Shown one piece after another: positions 31,409-31,765 of a DNA stretch of 31,765 bases. Origin of the DNA: Reclinomonas americana ATCC 50394 (lineage: Eukaryota); the NCBI GenBank assembly GCA_048213135.1, contig PS015187.1:186500-218264 (forward strand), in the 5' to 3' direction. Each line of letters opens with the position of its first letter. Position 1 is the stretch's first letter. A program made the position numbers and the translations under genes. Below the pieces are notes generated by a model, which made no database searches, was not told the DNA's origin, and worked only from the letters and a program-made list of their open reading frames with translations.

Positions 31409-31765
31409 TTACCGCGATCCGAGAATGGCCCGGGCGCGCGATTGCAGCTCATCGAGCTCACTGCGCACACGGAACTCATCGTCGTACCGCCGTCGCAACT
31501 CGTCCAACTCGTTCGCCTGTCGCGCAATCAGCCGCTCCAGCTCCATACTGCAACAACAACAACACACCGCCATACATGAATACACAACCTGCGCGGTGTA
31601 CGGAGAAAAAACACCTAAAGCGCAACACAAACCGTGTACGCTGCGCCACACTCTGCTTGCTGCGCAGCTCATTCACCACCTCATGCAGATGCGTATTCTC
31701 CGACTCGGCCTCCGAGAAGCTGGCAACACACATCGCGAGTGAGAGGCACACACACTCTGGTAAAC
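31409..31765 (-). CDS. 3' end of a coiled-coil protein gene (partial)
   Basis: Exons at 31719-31634 (FSEAESENTHLHEVVNELRSKQSVAQRTR) and ~31547-31409 (MELERLIARQANELDELRRRYDDEF...ILGSR*), joined in phase by a GT-AG intron. Confidence 0.7.

Noticed and set aside
1-31765. tRNA, rRNA, snRNA genes and transposase/reverse-transcriptase ORFs
   Set aside because: None recognised by eye; small ncRNAs cannot be excluded without covariance-model searches.

Overview
Draft-assembly genomic DNA (six N gaps) from a GC-rich, intron-dense, microsatellite-rich eukaryote, probably a unicellular one; the taxon cannot be named from sequence alone. By manual spliced reading I find about 12 tightly packed genes: a partial uncharacterised gene (-), CRIPT (+), an SMPDL3/acid-sphingomyelinase-like phosphoesterase (+), a multi-C2HC zinc-finger protein (+), a small hypothetical gene (+), an HSP20 with a polyQ tail (-), an intronless 7-repeat WD40 gene (-), AAGAB/p34 (+), an RDH-type SDR (-), CPSF73 (-), a QWRF/HAUS8-like augmin subunit (+) and a partial coiled-coil gene (-). 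The most striking signal is a second, very frequent class of 5' splice site, /GTTGCG (variants /GTTGAGT and /GTTACG). It looks like the ordinary G/GTGCG or G/GTGAG donor moved by one nucleotide, and in my models it follows only exons that do not end in G. All exon structures were inferred by eye from reading frame and remembered family motifs; no searches were run.
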